From an uncultured bacterium (GTDB lineage Bacteria; Desulfobacterota_D; UBA1144; Nemesobacterales; UBA2774), in the NCBI GenBank assembly GCA_963825135.1, contig CAWGRW010000009.1, positions 2,592,001 to 2,656,000 of the forward strand: 64,000 bases of DNA, read 5' to 3'. A model generated the notes under the pieces. That model was not told where the DNA came from, did not search any database, and saw only the letters and a program-made list of their open reading frames with translations. Shown here in pieces: positions 52,790 to 62,473 of this stretch. The stretch's first letter is position 1; each line of letters starts with the position of its first letter. A program made the translations under genes and the position numbers.

Positions 52790-53245
52790 ATGGCGATAAA
52801 AAGATGGGAACCGACTAAAAGTATGGAGAAGTTCTTCGAGGATATGTTCGAGGAGAATTTACCGGCCAGATTTTTGAGGAGATTTCCGAAGTTTAAGTGG
52901 ATGACCGAGGTCGAGACGGTATGGCCGGCGGTGGATATGTTCGACAAGGCGGACGAGGTGGTCGTCAAGGCGGAGGTGCCGGGGATAGACAAGAAGAACA
53001 TTAAGATCTCGGTATCCGACAACGTGCTGACCATCAAGGGAGAAATGAAGAAGGAAGAAGAGGTCAAGGAAGAGGACTATTATTATTCCGAGAGATCGTA
53101 CGGCAGCTTTTCCAGGTCTCTGACCCTCCCCGCAAAGGTCGTAGAGAACAAGATATCGGCTGAATTCAAGGACGGTATACTTGAAGTACACCTGCCGAAG
53201 GCGGCGGAATCGAAGCCTAAAGAGATAAAAGTGGATGTAAAGTAA
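52790..53245 (+). CDS. Hsp20/alpha-crystallin small heat shock protein
   Basis: PAVDM, AEVPG, LTIKGE, ERSYGSFSRSLTLP, FKDGILEVHLPK. Confidence 0.96.
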   Translation: MAIKRWEPTKSMEKFFEDMFEENLPARFLRRFPKFKWMTEVETVWPAVDMFDKADEVVVKAEVPGIDKKNIKISVSDNVLTIKGEMKKEEEVKEEDYYYSERSYGSFSRSLTLPAKVVENKISAEFKDGILEVHLPKAAESKPKEIKVDVK

Positions 53246-53317
53246 TAGCCGTGAGCGAGTGCGGGGGGGGCGAGACGGTACGGCCCCCGCCGGGCCGAGT
53301 AATCGAGGAGGCACAAA

Positions 53318-54199
53318 TTGAAAATAAATAAAATCGTATGGGGGGCAGACGGAACGGAGGATTCGGCTCACGCCCTTAAAATATCCGAGGCTCTGTCGCT
53401 CAAGTTCAAATCGCGCATCCTCGGCATTTCCGTCATACCGGATTACTATAACGTTGTGAACCTCTTCCCCGCCGCTGACAAAGCCAGGTTCAGGGACTGG
53501 GTGGACCTCAACCTCATATCGGGGAGGAGGGAATCCCTGGAGAAGGTCAGGCGCGACCTCGCCGGGAAGGGCGTCAACTTCGAATACGAGATACTGAAGG
53601 GCATCCCGTCGAAGATCATCACGAATTTCGCGGTCAAGCAGGACGCCGACCTCATCGCGCTCGGCAGGGGAAGGTCGATCGAGAAGACAATACTCGGCGG
53701 GACGGCCCTCAAGGTACTCCGTATGTCGAGGATACCGGTGCTCACGGCCGGGGGGGATAAGTTCAAGGGGAGCATCAAGAGGATAGTAGTCCCCATCGAC
53801 CTCTCGCACGGCCTGGGCAGGAACTTCGATTACGCGATAGACCTCGCGGCCGCATTCGGCGCGAGCGTTCACGTCTTAAACGTCGTCGAGACCGGGTATC
53901 AGAAATACCCTCCCGAGCTCTCGGAGCAGCTGAGGGGTTTCGCGCAGAGGGAGCTCAAGGAGACGGTAGGCTCGACCAGGCTCAAGGAAGACCTCGGCAT
54001 CAGCACCGTGATCGCCCCGAACGGATGGCGGGGAATCGTGGAATTTGCATCCGGGAAAAAAGCTGATTTAATAGTTATAATGACATACGGGGGCGGCAAG
54101 TTTAAAAAGGAATTCATCGGGAGCGTAGCGGAGAAGGTTATACAGGAGTCTCACTGCCCGGTCATCACGATGACCCCCTCAGTCTCCGGTTCCCGGTAA
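53318..54199 (+). CDS. Tandem-domain universal stress protein
   Basis: IVWGADG..., ADLIALG..LGGTA; second domain IVVPID..ADLIVI..IGSVAEKVI..CPV. Confidence 0.92.
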   Translation: MKINKIVWGADGTEDSAHALKISEALSLKFKSRILGISVIPDYYNVVNLFPAADKARFRDWVDLNLISGRRESLEKVRRDLAGKGVNFEYEILKGIPSKIITNFAVKQDADLIALGRGRSIEKTILGGTALKVLRMSRIPVLTAGGDKFKGSIKRIVVPIDLSHGLGRNFDYAIDLAAAFGASVHVLNVVETGYQKYPPELSEQLRGFAQRELKETVGSTRLKEDLGISTVIAPNGWRGIVEFASGKKADLIVIMTYGGGKFKKEFIGSVAEKVIQESHCPVITMTPSVSGSR

Positions 54200-54210
54200 G
54201 CGTACAGGAC

Positions 54211-55110
54211 ATGGACATAAAAAAAATTCTCTGGCCGACCGACGGCTCGAAGGAATCCGAAGAGTCACTCAAGGCGGCCCTCTATCTGGCGAGGATCTAC
54301 GGCGCGGGGATAATCTGCCTCCACGTAACCGAGATACATATTCCCATAACGGAGCTCTACCCCACCTACGAGGGCATCGTCATGGACATGGTGGACAAGA
54401 CCGAGCAAAGGTTCAACAAAGAGTTCGCCCGCATCGAGAAGGAAAACCCGGGAGTGAGCTTCTCTTCCAGGGTCGTGCGGGGAAGCATCGTGGACTGGAT
54501 AATAGAGACTGCCCGGGACGAAGGGGCGGAGCTCATAGTCATGGGCAAGAAGGGCCGGGGGCTCATAGGAAGCGCGCTTCTCGGCAGCAACACCCTCAAG
54601 GCGCTCAGGAATTCGCCCGTACCCGTCCTCTCCGTCAAGCCCGAACCGGGGGACAGGGAATTCGGCATAAAAAAAATCCTCGTGCCGTTCGATATCTCCG
54701 ACAAGGCGGATTCCTCGCTTTTATACTCGATCGGACTCGCCGGGAAGCTGGCGGCGTCGCTCACCGTCGTGTACGTGTTCTGGATAGACGCGAATGTTTA
54801 TGAGCTGAGCCCGGAGCTCGTTGACGAGCTCACGGCGCATTCGGCGACGGAGCTATCCCGGAGGGTCGAAGAGATTGCGGATAAGTGCAGGACCGGCTCG
54901 TCGGGCGCGCCCGACGTCGGGATAGAGACGAAGATACTTACAGGCGTGAGCCCGGCGCTTACGATCACCGACTACGCTCACGAGAACGGTTTTGACCTCA
55001 TATCCGTAAGCACGCACGGCAGGAAGGGGTTCGAGAGGATGATACTAGGGAGCGAGACCGAAAAGATTATACGCGAGGCCCGGTGCCCCGTTCTCGCGTT
55101 AAAACCGTGA
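54211..55110 (+). CDS. Tandem-domain universal stress protein
   Basis: ILWPTDGS, MGKKG..LLGSN; THGRKG..ILGSETEKII..CPVL. Confidence 0.92.
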   Translation: MDIKKILWPTDGSKESEESLKAALYLARIYGAGIICLHVTEIHIPITELYPTYEGIVMDMVDKTEQRFNKEFARIEKENPGVSFSSRVVRGSIVDWIIETARDEGAELIVMGKKGRGLIGSALLGSNTLKALRNSPVPVLSVKPEPGDREFGIKKILVPFDISDKADSSLLYSIGLAGKLAASLTVVYVFWIDANVYELSPELVDELTAHSATELSRRVEEIADKCRTGSSGAPDVGIETKILTGVSPALTITDYAHENGFDLISVSTHGRKGFERMILGSETEKIIREARCPVLALKP

Positions 55111-55127
55111 ACAAAAAGGACGGCCGC

Positions 55128-55721
55128 ATGGATCGTTTTATAAAGCAATCGTTATGGCTGAGCTTGTGCGTTCTCATCCTGTCGGGAAGCCCGTCCGGGG
55201 CCGGAGAAAACAGGACGGGAACCCCGGACGGCAGGTACGTTGCAAGAGGTAGAGAGCTAGTAACCCAGGGGAACTGCGATTATTGTCATACCCCGCTCGT
55301 AGAAACGAATGAAGGCCCCGTGCCCGACATGAAGAGGAGGCTCTCCGGCCGCCCCCAGGACGCGGAGATACCCGGTCTGCCCGCGGCGGATATCGGCTCC
55401 CCTGAATGGATAGAGTTTCTCGGAACGCTCGATACGACCGAATGGGCGGGGCCCTGGGGCCTTACGTTCTCGAAGAACATCACCCCTGACCCGGAAACAG
55501 GGATAGGCAAGTGGACCGCGGAAATATTCATAGAGACTATGAGGAGTGGAAGACACGTCGATCTCAAAAGGAACATACTCCCGCCCATGCCGTGGCAGGA
55601 CTACGGCAAGCTCGGCGACGACGACCTGAAATCCATATTCGCATATCTCATGACTATTCCCCCCGTGGTGAACGCCGTGCCGAAGCCCGTGCCGATGCCG
55701 CAAAAAAAATCCGTAAAATGA
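55128..55721 (+). CDS. Periplasmic c-type cytochrome
   Basis: Signal peptide; CDYCH; NITPDPETGIG, PPMPW. Confidence 0.88.
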   Translation: MDRFIKQSLWLSLCVLILSGSPSGAGENRTGTPDGRYVARGRELVTQGNCDYCHTPLVETNEGPVPDMKRRLSGRPQDAEIPGLPAADIGSPEWIEFLGTLDTTEWAGPWGLTFSKNITPDPETGIGKWTAEIFIETMRSGRHVDLKRNILPPMPWQDYGKLGDDDLKSIFAYLMTIPPVVNAVPKPVPMPQKKSVK

Positions 55722-55816
55722 TGTAGAATTATTACTTGTCAATCCGAATACGTTTACTATGCACTCTTATCGATTAAAATAGACGGCAATACGGTTCCGG
55801 AAAGGAGGATCTCAGA

Positions 55817-56686
55817 TTGATTAAGAAAATTGTTTGGGCTTCCGACGGCTCGAAAGACTCCGTCGACGCGCTCGCTTACGCCGAGAATATCGCCCGCCCG
55901 CTTGACTCCGAGATAATAGGCCTCTACGTCATTCCCGACTACTTCGAAGTGAAGGCGCTCGACGAGTTCCCGAGCCCGGAGCTCGACCTCCTCGCGGACT
56001 GGATAAAGGAAAAAGAATCCAAGGGAAGCGACAGGCTTAACAATATAGCCGAAGAGCTCAGGTCCAAGGGGCTCCGCTTCAGGACCCGCATCACCCAGGG
56101 CGTGCCCTACCTGAAAATCATAGAGACGGGCGACGAGGAAAACGCCGACCTCATAGTGCTCGGCAAAGGGAGGGCCGAGGAAAGGAACATACTGGGAGCG
56201 ACCGCCCTCAAGATTCTCAGGCGCTCCAGGATGCCCGTGCTGATAGTAAGACGGGACAGCACGCAGAAGGGAATAAAGAGAATACTCGTCCCGACCGACC
56301 TTTATAATATACTGTCAAGCGACCTCAAGCTCGCGCTCGGCCTGTCGAGAGACCTCCACGCGGAAATATACAGCCTCAACATCGTCGCCACCGGCGAGGG
56401 GAAGTACCCGCCCAAGCTGGTCGAGCTGATGAGGGGGGACGCATACAACAAGCTCACGGAGCAGGTCGAGGAGGCAAAGCTCGAGGACAGGGTCGAAACC
56501 GCGGTCGAGACCGCGAGGAACGCCTGGATAGGCATTATTAATTACGCCAGGGAAAAGAAAATCGACCTGATAATCATGAACACCTACGGGGGTTACAAAT
56601 TCAGGCGGGAGGACTTCATCGGGAGTGTCGCCGAACGGGTAGTGCAGGAATCCCCCTGCCCCGTTATCACCGTCAAGCCCGTCTAG
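55817..56686 (+). CDS. Tandem-domain universal stress protein (paralogue of 53318)
   Basis: IVWASDGS, VIPDY, ILGATALKILR, TYGG..FIGSVAERVV. Confidence 0.92.
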   Translation: MIKKIVWASDGSKDSVDALAYAENIARPLDSEIIGLYVIPDYFEVKALDEFPSPELDLLADWIKEKESKGSDRLNNIAEELRSKGLRFRTRITQGVPYLKIIETGDEENADLIVLGKGRAEERNILGATALKILRRSRMPVLIVRRDSTQKGIKRILVPTDLYNILSSDLKLALGLSRDLHAEIYSLNIVATGEGKYPPKLVELMRGDAYNKLTEQVEEAKLEDRVETAVETARNAWIGIINYAREKKIDLIIMNTYGGYKFRREDFIGSVAERVVQESPCPVITVKPV

Positions 56687-56719
56687 CCCCAAACCCGTCA
56701 CCCCGTATAACGGAGCGAG

Positions 56720-57718
56720 ATGCTTTCGGCTTTCAGAAACAAGCTCTTCATACCTGTTTTATTGATAATCCTCATAAACGCTGTCGGCACGGTCGGCTAT
56801 ATGGTCATCGAGGGATGGAATTTCATGGACTCCCTCTTTATGACCGTTACCACTCTCACCACGGTCGGCTACGGCGAGGTGCACGACCTTACGCCCTCGG
56901 GCGAGGTGTTTACGATTGTGCTGCTAACGCTCGGGGTGGGCACGATACTCTATCTCCTGAGCGCGCTGGCCAAGATAGTGCTCGAGGGAGAACTTACCAC
57001 ATTAATCGGGAGGTCCAGATTGGAAAGGAGAATAAAATACATAAAAGACCACTATATTGTCTGCGGCTACGGAAGGATGGGGAAGACCGTAGTGAGGGAG
57101 CTCGAGTCCAAGGGCAGGGATATTATCGTAGTGGAAAAAGAGCCGGTAGACGTCGGGGATAAGGAAGACCTGGTTATCGTCGAGGGAGATGCCACCAGGG
57201 ACGAGGTACTTCAGAGGGCGGGCATAGAGAGAGCGTACGGCCTCATTTCCGTGCTCCCGACCGACGCCGAGAACCTGTACGTCGTATTAAGCGCCCGCGG
57301 GCTCAATCCCGGGCTCCTCATCTATACCAGAGCCGGCGACGAAAGCTCGGAGAAGAAGATACTCAGGGCGGGCGCCGACAGGGTGGTATCGCCATACCGC
57401 ACGGGGGGGATGAGGATAGCGAACATGATCTTAAAGCCGGCGGTGGTCGATTTCATCGAATACGCGACCACGGCGGGGAACCTCGAAATCCAGCTCGAAG
57501 AGGTGAAAGTACATGAGGGCTCCGCGCTCGGCGGAAAGACGCTCGAGGCCTCCGGTATCGGGAGGGACCTCGGGATCATCATAGCTGCGATTAAAAAACC
57601 GGACGGGACCATGCAATTCAACCCGACCTCGAAGACCGTCATAGAGTCAGGGGATACGCTCATAGCGCTCGGGGAGATATCTAGGTTAAAGGCGCTCGAA
57701 GCGATGACCGGAAAGTAG
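56720..57718 (+). CDS. Potassium channel with RCK (TrkA-N/C) domains
   Basis: Selectivity filter TTVGYG; CGYGRMG; AGADRVVSP. Confidence 0.93.
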   Translation: MLSAFRNKLFIPVLLIILINAVGTVGYMVIEGWNFMDSLFMTVTTLTTVGYGEVHDLTPSGEVFTIVLLTLGVGTILYLLSALAKIVLEGELTTLIGRSRLERRIKYIKDHYIVCGYGRMGKTVVRELESKGRDIIVVEKEPVDVGDKEDLVIVEGDATRDEVLQRAGIERAYGLISVLPTDAENLYVVLSARGLNPGLLIYTRAGDESSEKKILRAGADRVVSPYRTGGMRIANMILKPAVVDFIEYATTAGNLEIQLEEVKVHEGSALGGKTLEASGIGRDLGIIIAAIKKPDGTMQFNPTSKTVIESGDTLIALGEISRLKALEAMTGK

Positions 57719-57727
57719 AACCCCTCG

Positions 57728-57970
57728 TCACTCCGCCTCGAACGGGGCCGAGGACGCCCTCGAAATGAATTCCCTCGCTCTCGCGATCCCTTCCTCGGCC
57801 GCTGCTTTACTGTCCCCCTTATGTCCGGGCACGTTCAGTATGACCCTGAGCGACATTATTCTCCCCTTCACGGCCTCCTCCTTCTCCAGATAACCCAACG
57901 TGACCTCGGTTGCGTCCCTCTCCGCGTTATACTGTGTGTCGATCAGGTAAATCACGCCGTAATCGGACAT
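57728..57970 (-). CDS. Small hypothetical protein
   Basis: SD GGGAGG; own sigma54 promoter at 58010-58025. Confidence 0.65.
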   Translation of the reverse strand: MSDYGVIYLIDTQYNAERDATEVTLGYLEKEEAVKGRIMSLRVILNVPGHKGDSKAAAEEGIARAREFISRASSAPFEAE

Positions 57971-58009
57971 CTGTGCCCTCCCCTTTCAAACGTTTGGAAA
58001 TAGTATACG

Positions 58010-58025
58010 TGCAACCGGGGTGCCA
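58010..58025 (-). promoter_or_regulatory. Sigma54 promoter (leftward)
   Basis: Minus strand TGGCAC-CCCGG-TTGCA. Confidence 0.8.
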
Positions 58026-58047
58026 ATTCCTACATTCCCTCTCTCAA

Positions 58048-58095
58048 TGTGTATTTTCCGTACACGGGGCGGACCGGATGTCAGAAAATAGGACA
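58048..58095. promoter_or_regulatory. Two TGT-N11-ACA boxes, putative enhancer-binding protein sites
   Basis: tgtgtattttccgtaca (58048-58064) and tgtcagaaaataggaca (58079-58095), 31 bp apart, between divergent sigma54 promoters. Confidence 0.55.
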
Positions 58096-58165
58096 GACGA
58101 CATGAAGGAGAACGGTTCCGCCCGTCAGGGACCTTTTTTCGCGGGTTAAATGCATGTAGCCGTGG

Positions 58166-58181
58166 TGGCACTAATGTTGCA
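58166..58181 (+). promoter_or_regulatory. Sigma54 promoter (rightward)
   Basis: TGGCAC-TAATG-TTGCA. Confidence 0.82.
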
Positions 58182-58237
58182 ACATTTTAATTATAGAATC
58201 GATCTATTGAGACAATATTACGGGGAGGCGTTTCATA

Positions 58238-58687
58238 ATGAGCGCAAAGAGAAAGAGTCAGGCGGAGTTGCTTAACGAGGTCATAAACCGAAACGTGATA
58301 ACTATCTCGCCGTCGGCGCCGCTCTCGGAAGCGGCATACCTGATGATGAACGAGGACGTAGGGGCGCTCGTCGTAGTGGACAGCGAGCAGAGACCCGTGG
58401 GCATAATTACGGACAGGGACCTCGTAGTCTCGGCGATGGCGGAGGGCGTCAACCCTGACGAGGCGACCGTGGAGGAGGTGATGACGAAGGAGGTCATTAC
58501 CGTCGACGAGGACAAGGACTTGTTCGGGATGCTGAGCGTACTCTCGGAGAACTCCATAAGGAGGCTGCCTGTTACCGGGGGCGGGAGGCTCAAGGGGATA
58601 GTGTCGGTCGACGACCTAATCGTAATCGTCGCCACTGAGCTCGTAAACCTTTCGATGGCGCTCAGCAGCAAGTCGAAGGTGCTTTGA
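58238..58687 (+). CDS. Stand-alone CBS-pair protein
   Basis: VGALVVV..PVGIITDRDL; IRRLPV..GIVSVDDL. Confidence 0.92.
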   Translation: MSAKRKSQAELLNEVINRNVITISPSAPLSEAAYLMMNEDVGALVVVDSEQRPVGIITDRDLVVSAMAEGVNPDEATVEEVMTKEVITVDEDKDLFGMLSVLSENSIRRLPVTGGGRLKGIVSVDDLIVIVATELVNLSMALSSKSKVL

Positions 58688-58793
58688 GAGGGGCACGGAC
58701 AAATAGTTATTTAATGTGGTAAAATTACAGACACCCTGAGGGTGGGCCGATTAGCGCGGAAAAAGGGAATACAACTCGAAAAGGCGGATATTA

Positions 58794-59702
58794 ATGAAGC
58801 TGAAAAGGATTCTATGGGCGACCGACGGTTCGGGGGAAGCGGAACTCGCTCTGGAGTACGCGAAGTACCTGGCCGGGCTTACCGGCGCTGAAATAATCGG
58901 GGTTCACGTAATACCCCTGCCCGTGCAGCTGCTGTTCGAATCCCTGAGGGAAGAGGACGAGGAGTTCCGGAATTGGCAGTCCGGGGTGGAAAGAAGGGTG
59001 AGCGACAGGTTCGTCGAGGTCAGGAACGAGCTGCTGCATGCGGGAATCAAATTCGACGGAGAAATCCTTAAAGGCATACCCGACGAAAAGATAAGGGAAT
59101 TCTCGCGCCTGAAGAAGGTCGACATCATAGTTCTGGGAAAGCAGGGACACGGGATCATCGAGAGCATGATGATCGGGAGCGAGACCAGGAAGCTTATCAA
59201 GAGCTCGCACGTCCCCGTGCTTGCCGTAAAGAGGAAGGACCCCGCAGTCGGGATAAAAATCAGCAAAATAATAGTCCCTATCGACCTCGCGGACGAGAAC
59301 GATACGGCGCTCGGTTATGCCCTGGATATCGCCGGCTTGACGGGCGCGGACGTAACCACGGTCTATGCGCTCAGGCTGGATATGTACGCACAGGACATGC
59401 CCGCGAGCGCGCTCGACATCGTAATAACGCAGTCGGCGAAAGAGCTCAGGGACAGGACTGAAAAATCGAAAGCCAAATATGAAAGCTCGATCGGCAAGCC
59501 TCTTCAAGCCGATATAAAGACGGAAGTCATACACGGGCTGAGCCCCGCTATATCGATCGCGAATTACGCGTCGAAAAATCACGCGGACCTGATCGTAATC
59601 AACACGCACGCGAGGACGGGGCTAAAGAGGCTCGTGCTCGGGAGCGTGACTGAGAGGATGATACAGGAGTCCCCGTGCTCCGTATTATCGTTAAGGCCGT
59701 AA
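58794..59702 (+). CDS. Tandem-domain universal stress protein (paralogue of 54211)
   Basis: ILWATDGS, GKQGHG..IGSE; THARTG..VLGSVTERMI. Confidence 0.92.
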   Translation: MKLKRILWATDGSGEAELALEYAKYLAGLTGAEIIGVHVIPLPVQLLFESLREEDEEFRNWQSGVERRVSDRFVEVRNELLHAGIKFDGEILKGIPDEKIREFSRLKKVDIIVLGKQGHGIIESMMIGSETRKLIKSSHVPVLAVKRKDPAVGIKISKIIVPIDLADENDTALGYALDIAGLTGADVTTVYALRLDMYAQDMPASALDIVITQSAKELRDRTEKSKAKYESSIGKPLQADIKTEVIHGLSPAISIANYASKNHADLIVINTHARTGLKRLVLGSVTERMIQESPCSVLSLRP

Positions 59703-59723
59703 CAAATTTAACGGCGGTAACCG

Positions 59724-61349
59724 ATGTCCGGCAGTGACAGCCCGAAAAGGCGGGACTTAATAGAATTTCTGCTCGAACCCTCTTCATACCCGCACGGACC
59801 GGCCGGCGTCACTCACCTCCAGACGCACGCGTCTGACGTATTCATAGCCTCCCCTTACGTCTACAAGGTAAAAAAACCCGTAAACCTGGGATTCCTCGAC
59901 TTCAGCACGCTCGAAAAGAGAAAGCACTTCTGCGAAGTGGAGGTGGAGCTCAACAGGAGGCTCTGCCGGGGCGTGTACCTGGGCGTCGAAGAAATTACCC
60001 TCGGCGGCGGGAAGCTCTCGATCGGCGGGCCGGGCGAGGCCGTGGAGTACGCCGTCAGGATGAGGGAAATCCCCGAAGGCAGTTTCCTTGCGAACATGCT
60101 CCGGAAAGGCGATATCGGCGAGGGGGATTTACGAAGGCTCGCCCGGAAGCTCGTGGATTTTTACAGGGATCAGCCCCGCCTTGAGGAGATCGCCGTCTAC
60201 GGGCTCCCCGAGAGGATAAGGGTAAACATAGACGAGAACCTCTCGCTCTCCCGAAAATTCATAGACAGGACGATCTCGCGGGCCGCTTACGACGCGCTGA
60301 CCTGTTACAACGAGCGGTTCTTTTCGGAAAACCGGGAATTATTCCTCAGGCGCATGAAAGAAGGCCGTATCAAGGACTGCCACGGGGACCTCCATCTCGA
60401 CCACATCAGCTTCTCCCCGGACGGCATTTGCGTTTTTGACTGCATCGAGTTCAACGAGAGGTTCAGGTACATAGACACCGCCTCCGACATAGCTTTCCTC
60501 GCCATGGACCTCGACTACAACGGATACCATGGGTTCTCGCGGTTTATAGTCTCGGAGACCGCACGGGAGATGGACGATGACGGCATATACGGCGTCATCG
60601 ATTTCTATAAATGCTACAGGGCGTTCGTAAGGGGCAAGGTCGAGAGTATAAGGGCCTTTGAGCCCGAGGTTCCGGGGGACGAAAAGAAGGCCTCCCTGGA
60701 GAGGGCGAAGAAATACTTCAGGCTCGCGTTAAGGTACGCGCTTTTCGGATCGGGTCCCTCGGTTATAGTCACGTTCGGGATCATAGGCACCGGGAAATCC
60801 ACTCTGGCCGCCATGCTCGGGGAGGAGCTTTCGTGCCGCACCCTGTCTTCGGACTCGGTCAGGAAGGAGATAACGGGGACAAAGCCCGGGGAGCGGAGAT
60901 ACGAGGGGTGGGAAAGCGGCATATACACGGGAGACATAACGGCGAAAACCTACACGGAGATAATCAGACGCGCGCTGACGGAGATCGATACCGGGGGCGC
61001 GGTCATACTCGACGCCAGTTTTTCCAGGCGCAAGTGGAGGGAGCTCCTCCTCGGGGAAGCGGCCCTCAGGGGAGCGAACGTTTATTTCGTCAGGACCAGG
61101 GCGCCTGTCGACGAGGTCGAGCTCAGGCTCCTCAGAAGGGAGAAAGAGGGCTTATCCATCTCGGATGCGGGGGCCGCTTTACTGCCGAGGTTCGTAGCGG
61201 AGTGGGAGGAGCCGGGCGAGATCGAGAGGGGGCAAATGTTCGTCGTCGATACGAACAGGCCTCCTCATGAAGCGCTGAATACATTATTCTCGGATATTAT
61301 CTCGGCGGGGAAAACCCCCGGGCTAAGAGTGAGCTCGGCAATCCCGTGA
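59724..61349 (+). CDS. APH-like kinase plus AAA_33 P-loop protein (Rv2004c-like)
   Basis: QTHAS, KVKKPVNLGFLDFST, CHGDLHL, FDCIEFN; GIIGTGKSTLA, SSDSVRK, ILDASF, SDA. Confidence 0.9.
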   Translation: MSGSDSPKRRDLIEFLLEPSSYPHGPAGVTHLQTHASDVFIASPYVYKVKKPVNLGFLDFSTLEKRKHFCEVEVELNRRLCRGVYLGVEEITLGGGKLSIGGPGEAVEYAVRMREIPEGSFLANMLRKGDIGEGDLRRLARKLVDFYRDQPRLEEIAVYGLPERIRVNIDENLSLSRKFIDRTISRAAYDALTCYNERFFSENRELFLRRMKEGRIKDCHGDLHLDHISFSPDGICVFDCIEFNERFRYIDTASDIAFLAMDLDYNGYHGFSRFIVSETAREMDDDGIYGVIDFYKCYRAFVRGKVESIRAFEPEVPGDEKKASLERAKKYFRLALRYALFGSGPSVIVTFGIIGTGKSTLAAMLGEELSCRTLSSDSVRKEITGTKPGERRYEGWESGIYTGDITAKTYTEIIRRALTEIDTGGAVILDASFSRRKWRELLLGEAALRGANVYFVRTRAPVDEVELRLLRREKEGLSISDAGAALLPRFVAEWEEPGEIERGQMFVVDTNRPPHEALNTLFSDIISAGKTPGLRVSSAIP

Positions 61350-61381
61350 GGGGGGTACCTCACGGGACATTGATATCCGTA

Positions 61382-62458
61382 TTAAACCGTTGGATCGGGG
61401 ACTATCTGGTAAATAACGTTGCTCCCGCTGTAAAACGGCTGATAGTACGCCGCGCCGAACAGGTAATATGTGGTCCCGTTTACGACCTTGGGCTGAGCGC
61501 CTTCAGGCAGAGAGTCCACAGACGCGCCCACGGGGGGCTGAACGACCTGGAACCCCGCGTCCGCCGAGGAATAGAACGCCCCGCCGCAGTCGAAATAGGA
61601 ATCATCCACCGTATAAATTGTGTCGCATGACGGGGGAAGCGTATTGACCACGGCGCCCGGAGGGGGAGGAACGACCACGTACTGGCTGCCCTGGGGAGCG
61701 TAATAAATGCCGTCCGAGTAGTAGAACGGGTTTCCCGATACATAGACAGTAGTCGAGCTCGCCGGGATACTCGCTATGGCCGCGCCCATGGCAAGGCCGC
61801 CCGCGAAGGCCCAGCCTCCGTAATAACCGCCCCATGAGCCCCAGTACCCGCCCCAGTAGTTATTGTACGTATTGTGGGTGTAATTATTATTATTGTTGTT
61901 ATTATTGTTATTGTTATTATTGTTATTGTTGTTGTTATTATTATTATTGTTCCTGTTGTTCGCATTGTTGTTGCCGTTCGTGGTGTTTGAGTTCGTCTTG
62001 TTCGTATTGGGGTTGGTGTTCGTGCTGTTGGTGTTCGTCCTGTTGGGATTCTGCCCGTTATCGGATTCTACCGCGCGGTTCTGGCTCACGTCCTGACGGT
62101 TGGTCATGCCCGTATTGTCCTGGTAACCCGTATCGCGGTTCGAAAACGAGTCCTGATCCCCGCTGAAATTGTCCTTGTTCTGGCTGAAGCCGGAGTCCTG
62201 GGCGGAGGACTGCCTGCCGCTGAAGCTGTCCCCCTGATACCCCTTGTATCCCGACATGTCGCCTGCGCCGTTTCCGGAATACCTGACGTTCCCCATGCCC
62301 CTGTTGCCCATTCCGGAGCCGAAGCTGGCTCCCCTGTAACCGCCCCCGAACCCTCCTCTGGCAAACGCTCCGGGCGTCGAAATCACGCCTGACGCCACGA
62401 AAGCCAGTACCGCCGCCACTGCCGCCGTTTTATTTATTAGCTGTTTTAGTTCTCTCAT
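61382..62458 (-). CDS. Secreted low-complexity protein with poly-Asn tract and DUF6515-like C-terminus
   Basis: Signal peptide; G/S/N/Q-rich region; about 23 consecutive Asn; Tyr-rich YYSDGIYY..YVVVPPPPGAVV repeats. Confidence 0.75.
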   Translation of the reverse strand: MRELKQLINKTAAVAAVLAFVASGVISTPGAFARGGFGGGYRGASFGSGMGNRGMGNVRYSGNGAGDMSGYKGYQGDSFSGRQSSAQDSGFSQNKDNFSGDQDSFSNRDTGYQDNTGMTNRQDVSQNRAVESDNGQNPNRTNTNSTNTNPNTNKTNSNTTNGNNNANNRNNNNNNNNNNNNNNNNNNNNNNNYTHNTYNNYWGGYWGSWGGYYGGWAFAGGLAMGAAIASIPASSTTVYVSGNPFYYSDGIYYAPQGSQYVVVPPPPGAVVNTLPPSCDTIYTVDDSYFDCGGAFYSSADAGFQVVQPPVGASVDSLPEGAQPKVVNGTTYYLFGAAYYQPFYSGSNVIYQIVPDPTV

Positions 62459-62473
62459 TTTCGATCTCCCGAA

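Noticed and set aside
61893..62096. Poly-Leu and Cys/Tyr-rich ORFs on the + strand
   Set aside because: They are antisense readings of the poly-Asn tract.
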